Assembly (NCBI GenBank): GCA_037447605.1
Contig: CM074806.1
Coordinates: forward strand, 3,658,001-3,722,000
Source: Zygnema circumcarinatum SAG 698-1b
Taxonomy: Eukaryota; Plantae; Zygnematophyceae
Reading direction: 5' to 3'
Length of the DNA: 64,000 nucleotides
Part shown: piece by piece, positions 13,457-26,600 of the stretch
Position numbering within the stretch: position 1 is the first letter of the stretch
How the letters are laid out: each line of letters opens with the position of its first letter
Program-made: the position numbers and the translations under genes
The notes under the pieces: model-generated
What the model was told of the DNA's origin: nothing
The model's database searches: none
The model's input: only the letters and a program-made list of their open reading frames with translations

Positions 13457-13928
13457 CCTTGCCCCTCGCGCTACCATGGAGCAGATGCTGCTCAAGTTTC
13501 TGCAGCCGATCAGCGACAGCGCCGTGGAGGCCATAGAGGCGTGCCTGGCGGCGGCAATCGTGCATCCGGCCATCATCATGTTCGGGAGCACGCCAGCAAT
13601 CATGAGGTTGCTGCTGCCTCACACATGCGAGCGTTTGGAGAAGAAGTCTGCGAGAGCTGAACAGGAGAGGGAGAGGAGGAAGGAAGTGGAAGATGTGAGG
13701 ATTGTTAAGAGAAGGCTGTTTGGGACAGACGGCAAGGAGAGTGCTCATGTTGAGGCCATGCTGGCTGAGAAGGAGAGGGAGTCGCAGTGGGCTCTGGAAA
13801 AGTCCAAGCAGCTGGCTCGAAGAATTAAGAAGTTGGAGGATTCAGCCATGCAGACAAGCAATGAAGTTCAGGCTGGAGTGGCTGGTGGAACTGCACGGAG
13901 ACACCTTCGCCGCCCCACACGTTATTGA
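13457..13928 (+). CDS. Hypothetical/orphan ORF (hydrophobic N-part plus charged coiled-coil); possibly a gene fragment
   Basis: Good ATG context (CTACCATGG), coding-like codon use and an E/K/R-rich helix. No family recognised. Confidence 0.3.
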
Positions 13929-15166
13929 CGGCATACCGAGTAATTTCCCCCTTCCCCGCGCTTCTCGCCGTCTCTCTTTCTCCCTCTGCGTTCAACGTGA
14001 GTAGAGCTGGTGCATTTGAAAGTTGTTCTTTTTGGTTTCTGAAAGAACTGGCAGTCCCGTTTTATGATGTGTGGTAATGCAGTGGGAAGAGTGCAAATCC
14101 AGGTAAGGAGCAAACATGGCAGTGAGGACCAGACGTGAGTTATCAGTGAGAGGAACAGTGTTTTCGCAATATTCCTCAACTACATGAATAAATCGATGAT
14201 GTACATACATATCACCTCTGAAAAGTAGACAGGCTTTGCCAAACGATACGGAAAGTGTAAAAAAACGGAGATCCTGCCAGTCAACCAGGCTCTGTGAGGT
14301 ATGATAATCAGAATCAGCACAGCCATCATGGACCATCAATCAAATTGGCTCTTGAAGATGCAACCTATTCTTGAACAGTTCAGTTATGTTTCTGTCAGTA
14401 CATTCAAATTTTATCGTTTCACCATCCGGGAGGCTTTTAGGAGCTCGAGCATTTTGTCACATACAGTCAATTTTGTAAAGATTAATCTTGGACACACCTC
14501 CTTTTTCATCCTTGTATCAATGATTATAGTCTGTTTTACTCGTCCATTTGCATTCACTCCAGAACTGATTTTCCGATTTTGCTTCCGAACCCTTCAATTT
14601 TACAAAATTTGACTGACTTCGCCATTGTGATCAGTATGAAGCAAGTTGTGTTTAGATCTATTTCGCTGTTCCGTTAAACAGCACTTGATGCCGCATGCTT
14701 ATCCGCCTTTTCTGCCCACTTTCTTTTATGTTTTTGGAATTGTTCGATCCTACTGTCTTCAACCGATTTCAGCACCGGAAAATTGGATCTTAGAGCCCTC
14801 GAAAGTAGTTAATAACTACCTAGTTTGCTTCCCAGAGACATTGTCACGAACTGTCAACCTGTTTTTGTGTTCTAAATTGCTCAATTCAATTGAATTGTTT
14901 TCCCTATTTCATGCAATACCTGGTTGATATTTCGTAAATTGTGGGACAGGCCCCACATAGATCTGAACGGGAATGCGGTGACGCCATCAAAAGCACAGGG
15001 AAAAGGGCACATGGAGGACCAACGTCAAATGAGTATTAAATTAATCAAATGCCTATTGGTTTTACTTAGGGTTTGGTATCGTACAGCATGCGGACTTAAG
15101 GAAAGTTCCATACTTTCGGAATTTCAAATCAGTATGGTACACGTTTTCTCGCGAAATTGCGCCAAC

Positions 15167-18100
15167 GAAGCTAGTAAAGTTAGCAATCTGAAGTACTTCT
15201 TTCCGAAAGTCAATTCCATATCTGTTTTCGAAGTCTGAGATCCCCTCCTATTCACAATACTGTACCAGTTCTGCACTTTAACTGACATATGACGTTGAGT
15301 ACGGCAACAGCCACTGCACAGCGCTAGCTCGGTTCCATTACCTGACCAACCATTGGCAAACCACATGGCTTGGTCTGCTGGAGCCAACCATTGCCGACCA
15401 ATGGTACAAACCTGTTGTTACCCTATCCCCGAGCACGATATAACCCCAATATATTGTATATCGAGGAAGCAAGGATACATTTTAGGAAGCGATAATCTCG
15501 ATACAGTGCAAGAGCAATATTCAACAGTATAACTCGTATCGGAATGTATCGCTAATATCGGTCAATAAAGCCGGAACATCGTTGAGTATCGTAACGGACT
15601 GTATCGCAAACTATCGTCAGAACGATATCGTCATATACATGCATATACCTTGACATCTCAATATACTGTATCGGAAAACCGGTGTAGTGAATTCTGCCCT
15701 TGTCGTTTGGGGCATCGTTCCGCTGCGCGCTGTTTGGCCGCTAGCTGTGATCACCGACCGTACTGTACTGCGACTTCTGGGTCCACGGCAACGCAGAGAT
15801 TGACTGCAGATTCTTTGTGATTGTAAAATCCATCGTGGACTGAAATTGACGAATGAAAACCATTGAAGACGCATCTAAAATGTAAACTATTGGATACGCA
15901 TCTGATAAAAGGATCTCAAGATCACGTCAGGTCTGATCAGTGACGTAAACATCTCTCTTGTATTCAACCGGCACGCTCATGAGACCTGACACGTGGCCTG
16001 CAACCAGTTGCCGCAACAGACCTAGACAACAACACCATCAGATCCTGTCCTCAGCTTCGTATCCATCATCGACGTGCCCGATGCGTCGTCAATGGCTGCC
16101 ATTCGTCCCTTCAAATCCACAAGGATCTTAAGAATCGACAAATTTCAGGTAAATCACCGCGATGCCGTGGACCCAACCGTCACGGTACAGTACAGTCGAG
16201 CCCACAGCTAGCGGCCAAACAGCCCGCAGCGGAACGAGGCGCAAAGCGACAAAGGTAGGGCGGAGCCGCCCCCGCTGCGTCACCGCCCGTGCGAATGTGC
16301 CACGTGGAAATTCAGCGCCACTGGCGCGGCGCCAAGTGGCGACATAACTGTTCGCGGGCGGCGGCTCCGCAAACGGACAAAAGGGACAGCTGCGCGGGGG
16401 CGCACAAAGGCGCCGGCGCGGAGGGGAACGGCACCGCGCTCGACTGCTGCTGCTGCTGCTGCTGCGATCGACCCGCGGAAAGGGGGCGGAGGAGGGAGAG
16501 GGAGAGGGAGAGAAGGAGAGGAAGATAAATAAATAGAGACGAAGGAGAGTGAGCAAGAGTCGGAGCAATGGCTGCAAACGGGAGAAGTTGGGCGGCGGTC
16601 GTTGGGGTGCTCTGCTCTGCGTTGCTGCAGTCCTTGCTGCCCGCCGCGGTACGATCAGGCTTCGCAGAAGGCACTAATGATAATTCGGCACTAGAATTGA
16701 AAACTTGTGGAAAGGCTTGTCGTGGTTAACACATTTTTGGGCGTTAGACCTTCTTGAAATGAAAACGAATATATCATGATTCCAGCCCCTGAGCCCCCCC
16801 GGTTTGGTCCTAATTTCCTTTCTGTGAGCGCTTTGAGCAGAGCGGCAGCTCCATTGTGGGATCGCTGTTCTGCGACAAGTGCTGGGACGGCTCCTTCAGC
16901 GGCACCCTCGACCTCCTGGACGCGCTCACCCCTGTACGGCTTCTCCTCATCCATCCATTTCCCCCAATATTTATTTCTTTTCCCAACCTCCATCACCCAC
17001 TCTCTCTCTCTCTTTGACTCTCTCTTTTCGGGTTTCAACAATGTGATGTCCACCACTTGAGTTGGAGTATTGTAGGCTAACGCCGTAGTGCCACGTGTGC
17101 CCTAATGCGGTGCCAGGTGAGCATCAACTNNNNNNNNNNGAAGCTAGTAAAGTTAGCAATCTGAAGTACTTCTTTCCGAAAGTCAATTCCATATCTGTTT
17201 TCGAAGTCTGAGATCCCCTCCTATTCACAATACTGTACCAGTTCTGCACTTTAACTGACATATGACGTTGAGTACGGCAACAGCCACTGCACAGCGCTAG
17301 CTCGGTTCCATTACCTGACCAACCATTGGCAAACCACATGGCTTGGTCTGCTGGAGCCAACCATTGCCGACCAATGGTACAAACCTGTTGTTACCCTATC
17401 CCCGAGCACGATATAACCCCAATATATTGTATATCGAGGAAGCAAGGATACATTTTAGGAAGCGATAATCTCGATACAGTGCAAGAGCAATATTCAACAG
17501 TATAACTCGTATCGGAATGTATCGCTAATATCGGTCAATAAAGCCGGAACATCGTTGAGTATCGTAACGGACTGTATCGCAAACTATCGTCAGAACGATA
17601 TCGTCATATACATGCATATACCTTGACATCTCAATATACTGTATCGGAAAACCGGTGTAGTGAATTCTGCCCTTGTCGTTTGGGGCATCGTTCCGCTGCG
17701 CGCTGTTTGGCCGCTAGCTGTGATCACCGACCGTACTGTACTGCGACTTCTGGGTCCACGGCAACGCAGAGATTGACTGCAGATTCTTTGTGATTGTAAA
17801 ATCCATCGTGGACTGAAATTGACGAATGAAAACCATTGAAGACGCATCTAAAATGTAAACTATTGGATACGCATCTGATAAAAGGATCTCAAGATCACGT
17901 CAGGTCTGATCAGTGACGTAAACATCTCTCTTGTATTCAACCGGCACGCTCATGAGACCTGACACGTGGCCTGCAACCAGTTGCCGCAACAGACCTAGAC
18001 AACAACACCATCAGATCCTGTCCTCAGCTTCGTATCCATCATCGACGTGCCCGATGCGTCGTCAATGGCTGCCATTCGTCCCTTCAAATCCACAAGGATC

Positions 18101-19100
18101 TTAAGAATCGACAAATTTCAGGTAAATCACCGCGATGCCGTGGACCCAACCGTCACGGTACAGTACAGTCGAGCCCACAGCTAGCGGCCAAACAGCCCGC
18201 AGCGGAACGAGGCGCAAAGCGACAAAGGTAGGGCGGAGCCGCCCCCGCTGCGTCACCGCCCGTGCGAATGTGCCACGTGGAAATTCAGCGCCACTGGCGC
18301 GGCGCCAAGTGGCGACATAACTGTTCGCGGGCGGCGGCTCCGCAAACGGACAAAAGGGACAGCTGCGCGGGGGCGCACAAAGGCGCCGGCGCGGAGGGGA
18401 ACGGCACCGCGCTCGACTGCTGCTGCTGCTGCTGCTGCGATCGACCCGCGGAAAGGGGGCGGAGGAGAGAGGGAGAGGGAGAGAAGGAGAGGAAGATAAA
18501 TAAATAGAGACGAAGGAGAGTGAGCAAGAGTCGGAGCAATGGCTGCAAACGGGAGAAGTTGGGCGGCGGTCGTTGGGGTGCTCTGCTCTGCGTTGCTGCA
18601 GTCCTTGCTGCCCGCCGCGGTACGATCAGGCTTCGCAGAAGGCACTAATGATAATTCGGCACTAGAATTGAAAACTTGTGGAAAGGCTTGTCGTGGTTAA
18701 CACATTTTTGGGCGTTAGACCTTCTTGAAATGAAAACGAATATATCATGATTCCAGCCCCTGAGCCCCCCCGGTTTGGTCCTAATTTCCTTTCTGTGAGC
18801 GCTTTGAGCAGAGCGGCAGCTCCATTGTGGGATCGCTGTTCTGCGACAAGTGCTGGGACGGCTCCTTCAGCGGCACCCTCGACCTCCTGGACGCGCTCAC
18901 CCCTGTACGGCTTCTCCTCATCCATCCATTTCCCCCAATATTTATTTCTTTTCCCAACCTCCATCACCCACTCTCTCTCTCTCTTTGACTCTCTCTTTTC
19001 GGGTTTCAACAATGTGATGTCCACCACTTGAGTTGGAGTATTGTAGGCTAACGCCGTAGTGCCACGTGTGCCCTAATGCGGTGCCAGGTGAGCATCAACT
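15167..19100 (+). repeat. Near-identical 1.96-kb tandem duplication (15167-17129 vs 17140-19100) across an N gap; probable assembly overlap
   Basis: Constant offset of 1973/1971 nt. The only difference I saw is a 2-nt indel in a GA-rich tract. The junction is exactly the 10-N gap. Confidence 0.9.
15330..15690. repeat. Degenerate CCA(T/A)TGG and (G)ATATCG/GTATCG motif blocks, TE-subterminal-like
   Basis: Dense short motif reiteration ending GGTGTAGTG (reverse complement CACTACACC). The same motif types recur at 25980-26600. Confidence 0.45.
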
Positions 19101-20947
19101 GCAGCATCAGTTCCGTCGTGGCCGGGCAGACCTCCTACACGTACGTGTGGGCCACGGGGGGCACCACTGCAAGCGGAGGCTTCCAGGTAACCACGCACAA
19201 GCTCTCATCCTCTACGATCATGCTAAGTCAATAAATAAACTAATAAAATGTATGTCTTCAGTGGGATATTTTCATTGCAGTATAGAATATATTTTTTTGC
19301 TAATCAGTTCCTACAACACAAATGTTGAATTTCGATGATTCTCTCCCTCTCCCTATTCTTCGCCCCCTCCCTTCCTCCCCCCCCCTGCCTCTCTCCGCCT
19401 CACCTTTGGGGATGCATGCATGCCCGCAGNNNNNNNNNNCTCTCTCTCTCTCTCTCTCTCTCTCCCCTCTCTCTGTCTCTCCCTCACTTTTTACGTCTCA
19501 TTTTGTTTTATTCTTTGACCAACCTTTTTCTCCATTTGCTTCTCCTTCTCCTTCTCCTCCGGCCTCCGTCTATTCCTTTTGTCTCTCACCCTTGGAAAAC
19601 TAGATTCTGCCTTTTTTTGCTCTCTCCCACCTTCTCTTTCTTCTCTTTTCCTTCTCCCGTCTTTCTCTCCCTTCCTGTTTTCTCTCATCATTCTTCTTAC
19701 CTGTATTGCCCCTCTCCCCTCCGCCTCGTTTTCTTTCTGCCCAACCTTTCTCTCCTTTATCCTCCTCTCTCAACACTTCCTTCTTCATCCACTTTCCTGG
19801 TTGCCCTCCCACGCAATCTTCGTTCTTCCTCCCTCTTCCCTCTTTGTCTCCCTGCCTCTCACTCTTCCTCCCCCTTATCACTACTCTCCAGGGTAACGCA
19901 TGGATCAGCGCCGTGACTCTCACGAACTTGGCTTCCACCTCCGCCGACATCAGCCTGGGCGTGCAGGCGTGCTACGCCCCCTCCATCCGGGACGCGAGCT
20001 GCCCCGCCGCGTCTGCCCCCTCTCCCGGGGGAGTGGGAGACCCCCACTACACTGGGGCCGACGGCTCCCGCTTCGACTTTTCAGGTATGGCTTTGACAGG
20101 TTGACGGTTTTTGCGTTTCCATCCTTTCTTCAGTGTTCAGCATGAAACCTTTGAACATTGCTTAATGGTAATACAGGTAGCGGTGAGAAATTGCAAATTC
20201 TTCAAAGTTGATGGATGTGGATGCGTGCGTGGCGAGCAGGCGAACCCAACACCACCTTTTGCCTCGTCAGCGACGCCCACCTCCACATCAACGTGTTCTA
20301 TGGCGGCCGTTACGGGCGGTGGGGCAGCAACCCGCACAAGGCCCTCACATGGATCCGCCAAATCGGCGTCCTTTGGGGCCACCACACCATCCTGCTGGCG
20401 GCACGGGAAGGCGCCAGGTGGCAGTACGATGGCGGCTATCTGGGCCGCCTCATGATCGACGGTCAGGATGTGGAGCTCGGGCAGGCGGGAGACTCTGCCG
20501 TCCGCGCCAATGGCGACATTGAAGTGAAGTGGCTCGCGGCGAAGAGGCGCAGCGGCGATGACTTTGTGGATGTGTTCCACATCAAGGTCGCGGATGTGCT
20601 GAGTTTGAGGCTCACATTGCGGCCAGAAATCGCGATGTTGAGGACCCCCACGGACGGCGTTGTGCACTTCGACTTTGAAATGCCGGTGGCCGACTTGTCG
20701 GACAATGCGCATGGGGTTTTAGGGCAGACGTTCCGCTCCGACCACAAGGATAGACTGTGAGTGCTGACAGACATCAAGTAGAACCCCTCCCCTTTCGCAT
20801 TCTTTCGCCCTACCTGCAACGAGTCATGCCGTGCTTTGCTTTGTTTCTGATTAGAGCCCAATTATGCACAGGATACATTTGACTGACACGTTGTTTTGAG
20901 AATGACGTGTGGGTGGCAGTGCGAATCAAAAGCTGNNNNNNNNNNAG
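18539..20947 (+). CDS. Secreted Pollen Ole e 1-like plus GDPH/Root-cap (VWD-like) protein, copy 1; two exons partly lost in N gaps
   Basis: Signal peptide MAANGRSWAAVVGVLCSALLQSLLPAA; SIVGSLFCDKC...VSINC...GGTTASGGFQV; GDPHYTGADGSRFDFSG-FCLVSDAHLHIN. The missing exons are present in the paralogue. Confidence 0.85.
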
Positions 20948-21676
20948 GCGACGCGACGCGACGCGATTAGGGTTGTGGGCTCGCCCGCTCGAGCGACCGA
21001 GCGCGGGGGCTTTGGCTCTCTCACAGCGCTCCTTTGTAAAGCGCGTTTTGTTCGTGGGATTAGCGAGGGCTCGCGTTGGTAGCGGATGGGAGGGGTGGGC
21101 CGTTCTGCAACAGAAGGGTCCTTTTGCGGTGGTCGTTGGTAGTTTGACGGCGCACAGTGTGGCGAAGCAGTGCATGTATGGTGTGTTCTTGATGGGAACA
21201 AATATGTATATATACACAAGATTGTTTTTGGGGATCGAAACGTGTTTTATGGGTTGGTCCGCGCTTCAAGAAACTGCAACCGAGTGGTCAATGCATGGAC
21301 AGACAGTTCCTTTGTGGCCTTCGAGGGGTTGCGAGGGTCCAAACCCTCCACTTTCTCTCGGCGTTCTGTTTTACACGGTACGATGTTCCGTGTGACAGGC
21401 AGCATAACGCTCAGTTTAACGCCCCAACGCTGGAGACGCTGTTGTAAGGCACGGCCGGCCGTACGGACAGTCTGATGCCGTTCACACTGTCAGTTTGAGA
21501 CAAGCCAAACGATTGTATGTGTTCACATGTGAACCGGAAAGTTCCCTCAGCTCCGCAGCAGGTGCTCGTCCCTCTGCCATGGCTGCTGGAGAGGGAGAGG
21601 GAGAGAGCGAGGAAAGGGGGCCCTCGTAGGCGCCTTCTGCGCCGCGGCGGACAGCAGGTCAAAGGGGGACTGCAAG

Positions 21677-22312
21677 ATGATGCAGAGGCGTGGAATGAGT
21701 GCTGGCCTCGTGGCGCTCGCCTCTGGGTGCGTTCATCGCAGCAACGGCTGGGCACGTCACCGCAGTCTGCAGGATGATCTTGTTAGGAAGATGGTTTATT
21801 TGATTTATTTTTTATATTAAATTTGCTCTTTAACCTTTCGAACATGCAGGAATTAATTGAAGGAAACAGATATTGAAGCTGGAATGTTCGATTGTTTGGA
21901 CCATTTGCAGTTTTGCTTTGGCTGTTGCTAGTCCTCCTTCACGTGTTTAATCTGCAAGCGAGGTCCTGCGAACAGGACAGCTAACAGCCGCCTAACTTAA
22001 CAATTTCCTTTAGAATTCATTTTCTATCATGTAATTTTTTTCTGGTTGGGTCTGTCCTGCAGAAGGCTTATTCATGCTTTTTATTTTCTTACGTTAATTA
22101 ATTTCATGGCCTCCTTGGTTGTTCCCTCTGTCCTTCAAAACAGTGCAGGCGTTCTTTCAGGGAACTACATATTTGCCCCTGCTATGGAGGATTATTGGGC
22201 GAAGAAGAGAGCAGAACAGCAGCAGGAGAGTACTCTGGAGACTGCAGACCCTGAAACGCAGTCTAGAGAGCCAGAATCTAAGCAGAGTGCAGATACGTCT
22301 AGCAAGACTTAA
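21677..22312 (+). CDS. 72-aa single-TM microprotein, PIGBOS1-like, 2 exons (21677-21726, 22144-22312)
   Basis: The phase-2 GT-AG join gives MMQRRGMSAGLVALASGAGVLSGNYIFAPAMEDYWAKKR...; the G-x-x-x-G-x-Y-I-F-x-P pattern resembles PIGBOS1 (recalled, not searched). Confidence 0.7.
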
Positions 22313-23093
22313 GAACTGAGGATGCGGGTGGTCAGGCTCTAACTGATTATGCAGATATTTGGTGAAGTCCTTATGCAAGTTTAGTAATTTATTTGAGCTC
22401 TACTCGCATCTTACCTAGAACCCTGAAGGATTCAGCTTTTTTCTGCGAGAGCAGTTTTTTGAAGCCAGTTTATTCATCCTAACTTTAATGAGCGTAGCGT
22501 ACTTGGAAGCCTTCTGCCTCTACCAGCGCCTAGCTCCCTTGATTCAGTGTGTGCGCGCACGTGCGTGAGGGGGAAGGCGAGAGGAAGTAACAAGAAGGGA
22601 AAACAGACGAGGGCATTTTCGAATGCTCAGCATCCAACAACATCCTTTCAGGGACAACGAACTCGACTTCATCTGGATAAGGCACTGCCACGCTTTGCTA
22701 TTGTCTTTCAAACTTCGCTGCAAGAGCGTTGAAGTTGGAGGTGGAGATTCCACTTCCACAGGACGTAATCGAAGTCTCAGTGCACCAATGAACGTTGCAT
22801 CGACACCATCATATCATGTCTCAACATCGTCTTCAACCACTTGCAACTTCAAAACGAAACCAGCAGTATGCAAATGTGCCTCTTTTTTCATTGTGCGAGT
22901 GCGACACGTTACAGCAACATTTGTTCGGATGTGCTGTTGGAGTACTACCTGATGAACATGCAAACCGAGTCAGCTAGAAGAATTTGCAATCTCAAAACTT
23001 CAAAAAGCTTGTAACAGCGGCGTATTGCGCGCTCTTCTCGAGCGGTGTATGTACACAAGTTGCAAACAAACTCCTGGATCTGCCTCTGCCTTT

Positions 23094-25110
23094 CTAGGCG
23101 TTAACCACCACACCGCCTGCACAACCCTGGCCATAGTAAGTAGTCGACAAGTAGCCAATGCCGGAAACGTAGCGGGAGATCATCAGAAAAGCGAGATGCC
23201 GTTTCATGAAGCAGAGCGTTTGGCTTTGGGATCCAAATAGGGGGAAGTTGCAGAGGAACGTACCATTGGGATGCAGGACCTGGCCAGTGAAAAAGGACCC
23301 GTCAGGTCCAGCCAAAAAGACATAGGATGGCGCAATCTCGTCCGGCTGCCCTGCGCGGTTCATGGGACACTGCCCCCCAAACTTCTCCACCTTCTCCGGT
23401 GCCATGGTCGAGGGTATCAAGGGCGTCCATACGGGTCCCGGAGCCACTCCTGCACTTCGCATACTCGTCCATGAGAGGGACAGCTTTCAAGGAAGGAGAA
23501 CAAAGGGAAAGGAGAAAGGGGGAAAAGGGGGAAGAGGGGAAGGAGTGGGGGAGAGGGGGGGGGGGAGGGGGGTGTACCATTGACACGAATGCCGCGGCTG
23601 ACGACAGAAAGTGCAAGGGAACGTGTGAAGGCGACAATGGCTCCCTTGGTGCTGGAGTAGGCCAGAAGCGAAGGGTTGCCCTTGTATGCGTTTACCGATG
23701 TGGTGTTGATAATGGAGCTACCCTCTTTCATGTGCGGCAACGCGTTCCTGCATCACCTCGTACATATATTAGTATTCAAACTTTTCAATACCACAAGCGT
23801 CAGTTACCAGCTTGCGCGGCGAATCATCATTCATTTCCTACAATTAGTCATGAACGTTGAAATTGAATCTATGTCAAAAGAAGACAGCGATAAAAGTATC
23901 GAAAGGTATGTCGGGGCCGTCGCACTTGGCCAGGAAGAAAAAGGCATGAATGTTGGTACGAAATGTTCGCTCCCATTCCTCCGCGGTGATCTCCTCAGGT
24001 GATGCGTGAGAGTGCTGCTCCGCGTGATTGTTCACGAGAATGTCCAAGGTGCCAAAATGCTGCACTACCTGATCAATTACCTGCATGGTCCATAGGAAGC
24101 CACCTCACTAGTTTGAAATTCTTCACAAATTTGTGATTGCAAGTCAAACAGACTAATTCCGTTTCAAGACGGGAGGCTCAAAGAGCATCACTTTATAACG
24201 TGCTTGTGTCAGCCACTTGCATTTTTCAAGTCAATGTTAACTCATTCACTGCTATGTTCTGAACACTATTCCTTATCAACACGCAACTCCACAACATTGC
24301 CAAACTACTTTGCCTGCTCCAAAGCGTGAACCCCTAGCAGTATTGATCTGCCCTTCACATCATCAGCATCGTCAGCCGCAAATCTGTGACAAACGATTAG
24401 CTTCGCATTTTACAGGTCACCCCTTTACCTTCTTGCAGTTTTCATCATATCCTAAATCCATTTTAATGGCAAGCGGCTCCTTGCTCCCCTGAACCGAAGC
24501 CTCCTTGACGAGGTTCACTACTTCATTTGCATCCTTCTCCTCTGAATCCGCAACATAGGTGATGGCCACAGAGGCGCCCTCCAGAGCATAGTGATATGCA
24601 ACCGCTCTTCCGATTCCGGAATCTCCGCCAGTGATCAATGCCACCTTTCCCTGCACGCCAACATCTTAACTAACCTTTGAAGCCTCAACGCCTTCTGCCG
24701 TGCCATGCTATCCCAGGCCCACGCTGTGTTTAATGAAAAAAGAAAGCACGTCATAGATGAGAATGAAGATTTTTGGCGGTTCTGAGAATCCGCCTTGAAC
24801 GTAACGCGTAAACGAAAAAAAGAAACCACGAAGAAAGGGCACCCCCGCGAAAAGCGAAACACCCTCGACAAAAGGGGAAATCCCCTCGAAGGAACCACAA
24901 AAAAAAAACCCGAAAAAGGAGGGGAGAGGGGAAAAAGAAGGAGTGAGAAAAACTCAAAGCGAAAGACTCTGACGCCGCTGAACAAGGCTTCACCTGCAGC
25001 TTCGAGGCGGGCTTGTACTCCTGGCGGGTGAAGGACGGCTTGGGCGCCATCTCCTGCTCCACGCCGGGCTGCTCCTGCTGCTGCGACGGAAACTTCGTCC
25101 CGGATGCCAT
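23094..25110 (-). CDS. Short-chain dehydrogenase/reductase, glucose and ribitol dehydrogenase-like, 6 exons
   Basis: KFPSQQQEQPG leader, GKVALITGGDSGIGRA, DILVNN, YSSTKG (YxxxK), GVAPGPVWTPLI, RAGQPDEIAPSYVFLA. Confidence 0.92.
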
Positions 25111-26034
25111 GGCGCGGCTCGACTTCTGCATTTTCATACACATCATGTCGGGTTAGTTTTCATCTGCCCGCAAGTCTAAAGACCATCAGCAGGCTTCTGA
25201 AGTGCGGAACAAAGTTAGGATTTGCATATTGTTTGCGGTTTAAGCACAAATTTTCGTTGTGTGTTTTTGGTAAGCTTCAGGAACACTTCTTGACGTAGAC
25301 TAAGCTGCACTAACGCACTTGTTAACCAAATACCTTTGTGAATTCGATTTTTTTTTTTTCTGATCTTCTTGTCTTATGAAAAGCCGCCTGCACGCACAAG
25401 CCCAGTGACATTTTTCAAAAAGCATGCGATTCCCATTGTCTTCAGCTCAGCATCCCTCTTACTCTCCCAATAAATTCACCATTTGAACTTTAGAAAGTTG
25501 CAGCTCAAAACATCCTCAGAATTCTAATGCTGCATAAAAATTCTATCCCCCACCACTTCCTCCGAACTGAAACATGCCCTAAATAAAAATAAATTCAACC
25601 AACCCGAACACCCAAGTCGTACCAGCCACTATCAACCTCCCTCTGGACCCTAACTCTCACCTGATATATTTCTGCACTCCGCAGCCGCGACGAGCAACCA
25701 CGATGCTCTGCGAGGTACGTGCGAGTGGCCAATCTCCCAACAGACCGCAACATGACCTCCTGCCCTCCGCTTTCTGCTCCCCCTCTCCTCCTCACTATCC
25801 CGTCCCTTCCATATCTTCCGCCATGCCATGGCGACGCCTCAGCTGAGCTGTGAGGTGGCCACGTTTCGGAGCATGCGGCTGGCGCGTCTGCAAGGCCGCC
25901 GCGCGGCTCCTCCCGGGGCCTCTCTGAGAGCGCGCGCTGGCACGTGCGGGCGCTGGCGGCGCGACACGGCGCCTGCCGTATCGGTTTCAATATCCCGATA
26001 TGGCTAGATGGTATATCGGGATATTCAGATAACC

Positions 26035-26600
26035 TCATTGGACATTCGTACGGCCGAATCGTGCAGCGGACCAACCATTGGTTGGCAAGCATTGAAATGT
26101 TGGCAGACATTGGCAATGGCAGTCTGGGCTCCATTCCAATGTTGGGACCATTTCAATGATTCGCAACCATTGAATCCAATGGTTACTTATTTCAACTATT
26201 GCCAATGGCTGGCTGATCCGGGCATCAATGGTTGATAGCCAATGGATGCATCCAATCGTTGCTATCCAATGGTTTGGCAACCATTAACCATTACACTGCA
26301 AATTACACGGTTGAGGACCACTGAATCCAATGTTGCAGAAATTTTCATTGGTTAGTTTAATTGCCGATTAATAGTCGCAATCGTTGGCAATGGCTAGCAA
26401 CTATTCACAGGTCGGACCATTAGACCAACCATTCAACTGGTTGCCAACCATTGGCGCCAGACTGAAACAACCATCCGACTGGTTCGGAACCAGTAGATGC
26501 CAATGGTTGGCAACCTTTCGACTGGTTGCGACATCCAACGATTGCCATCCAATGGTTGTCCAATGGTTGCCGATCCATGGTCCGACGTGTGCAACAATTT
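26035..26600. repeat. Array of ~25-30 degenerate CCAATGG/CCATTGG(TTGGC) motifs in both orientations
   Basis: Directly visible motif reiteration. The W/H/Q-rich ORFs here are by-products. Confidence 0.7.

Noticed and set aside
16568-17129. A third copy of the secreted-protein gene
   Set aside because: It is truncated exactly at the N gap and identical to copy 1; most likely an assembly overlap.
19047-19087. Apparent frameshift or non-canonical GC donor at intron 2 of the secreted-protein gene
   Set aside because: The acceptor at 19087 (GTGCCAG|GTGAGC) gives a 99-nt phase-0 exon, so the gene is intact with canonical sites.
19430-20945. Exon loss in paralogue copy 1
   Set aside because: Both missing exons coincide with 10-N gaps whose flanks match copy 2; the gap lengths are simply understated.
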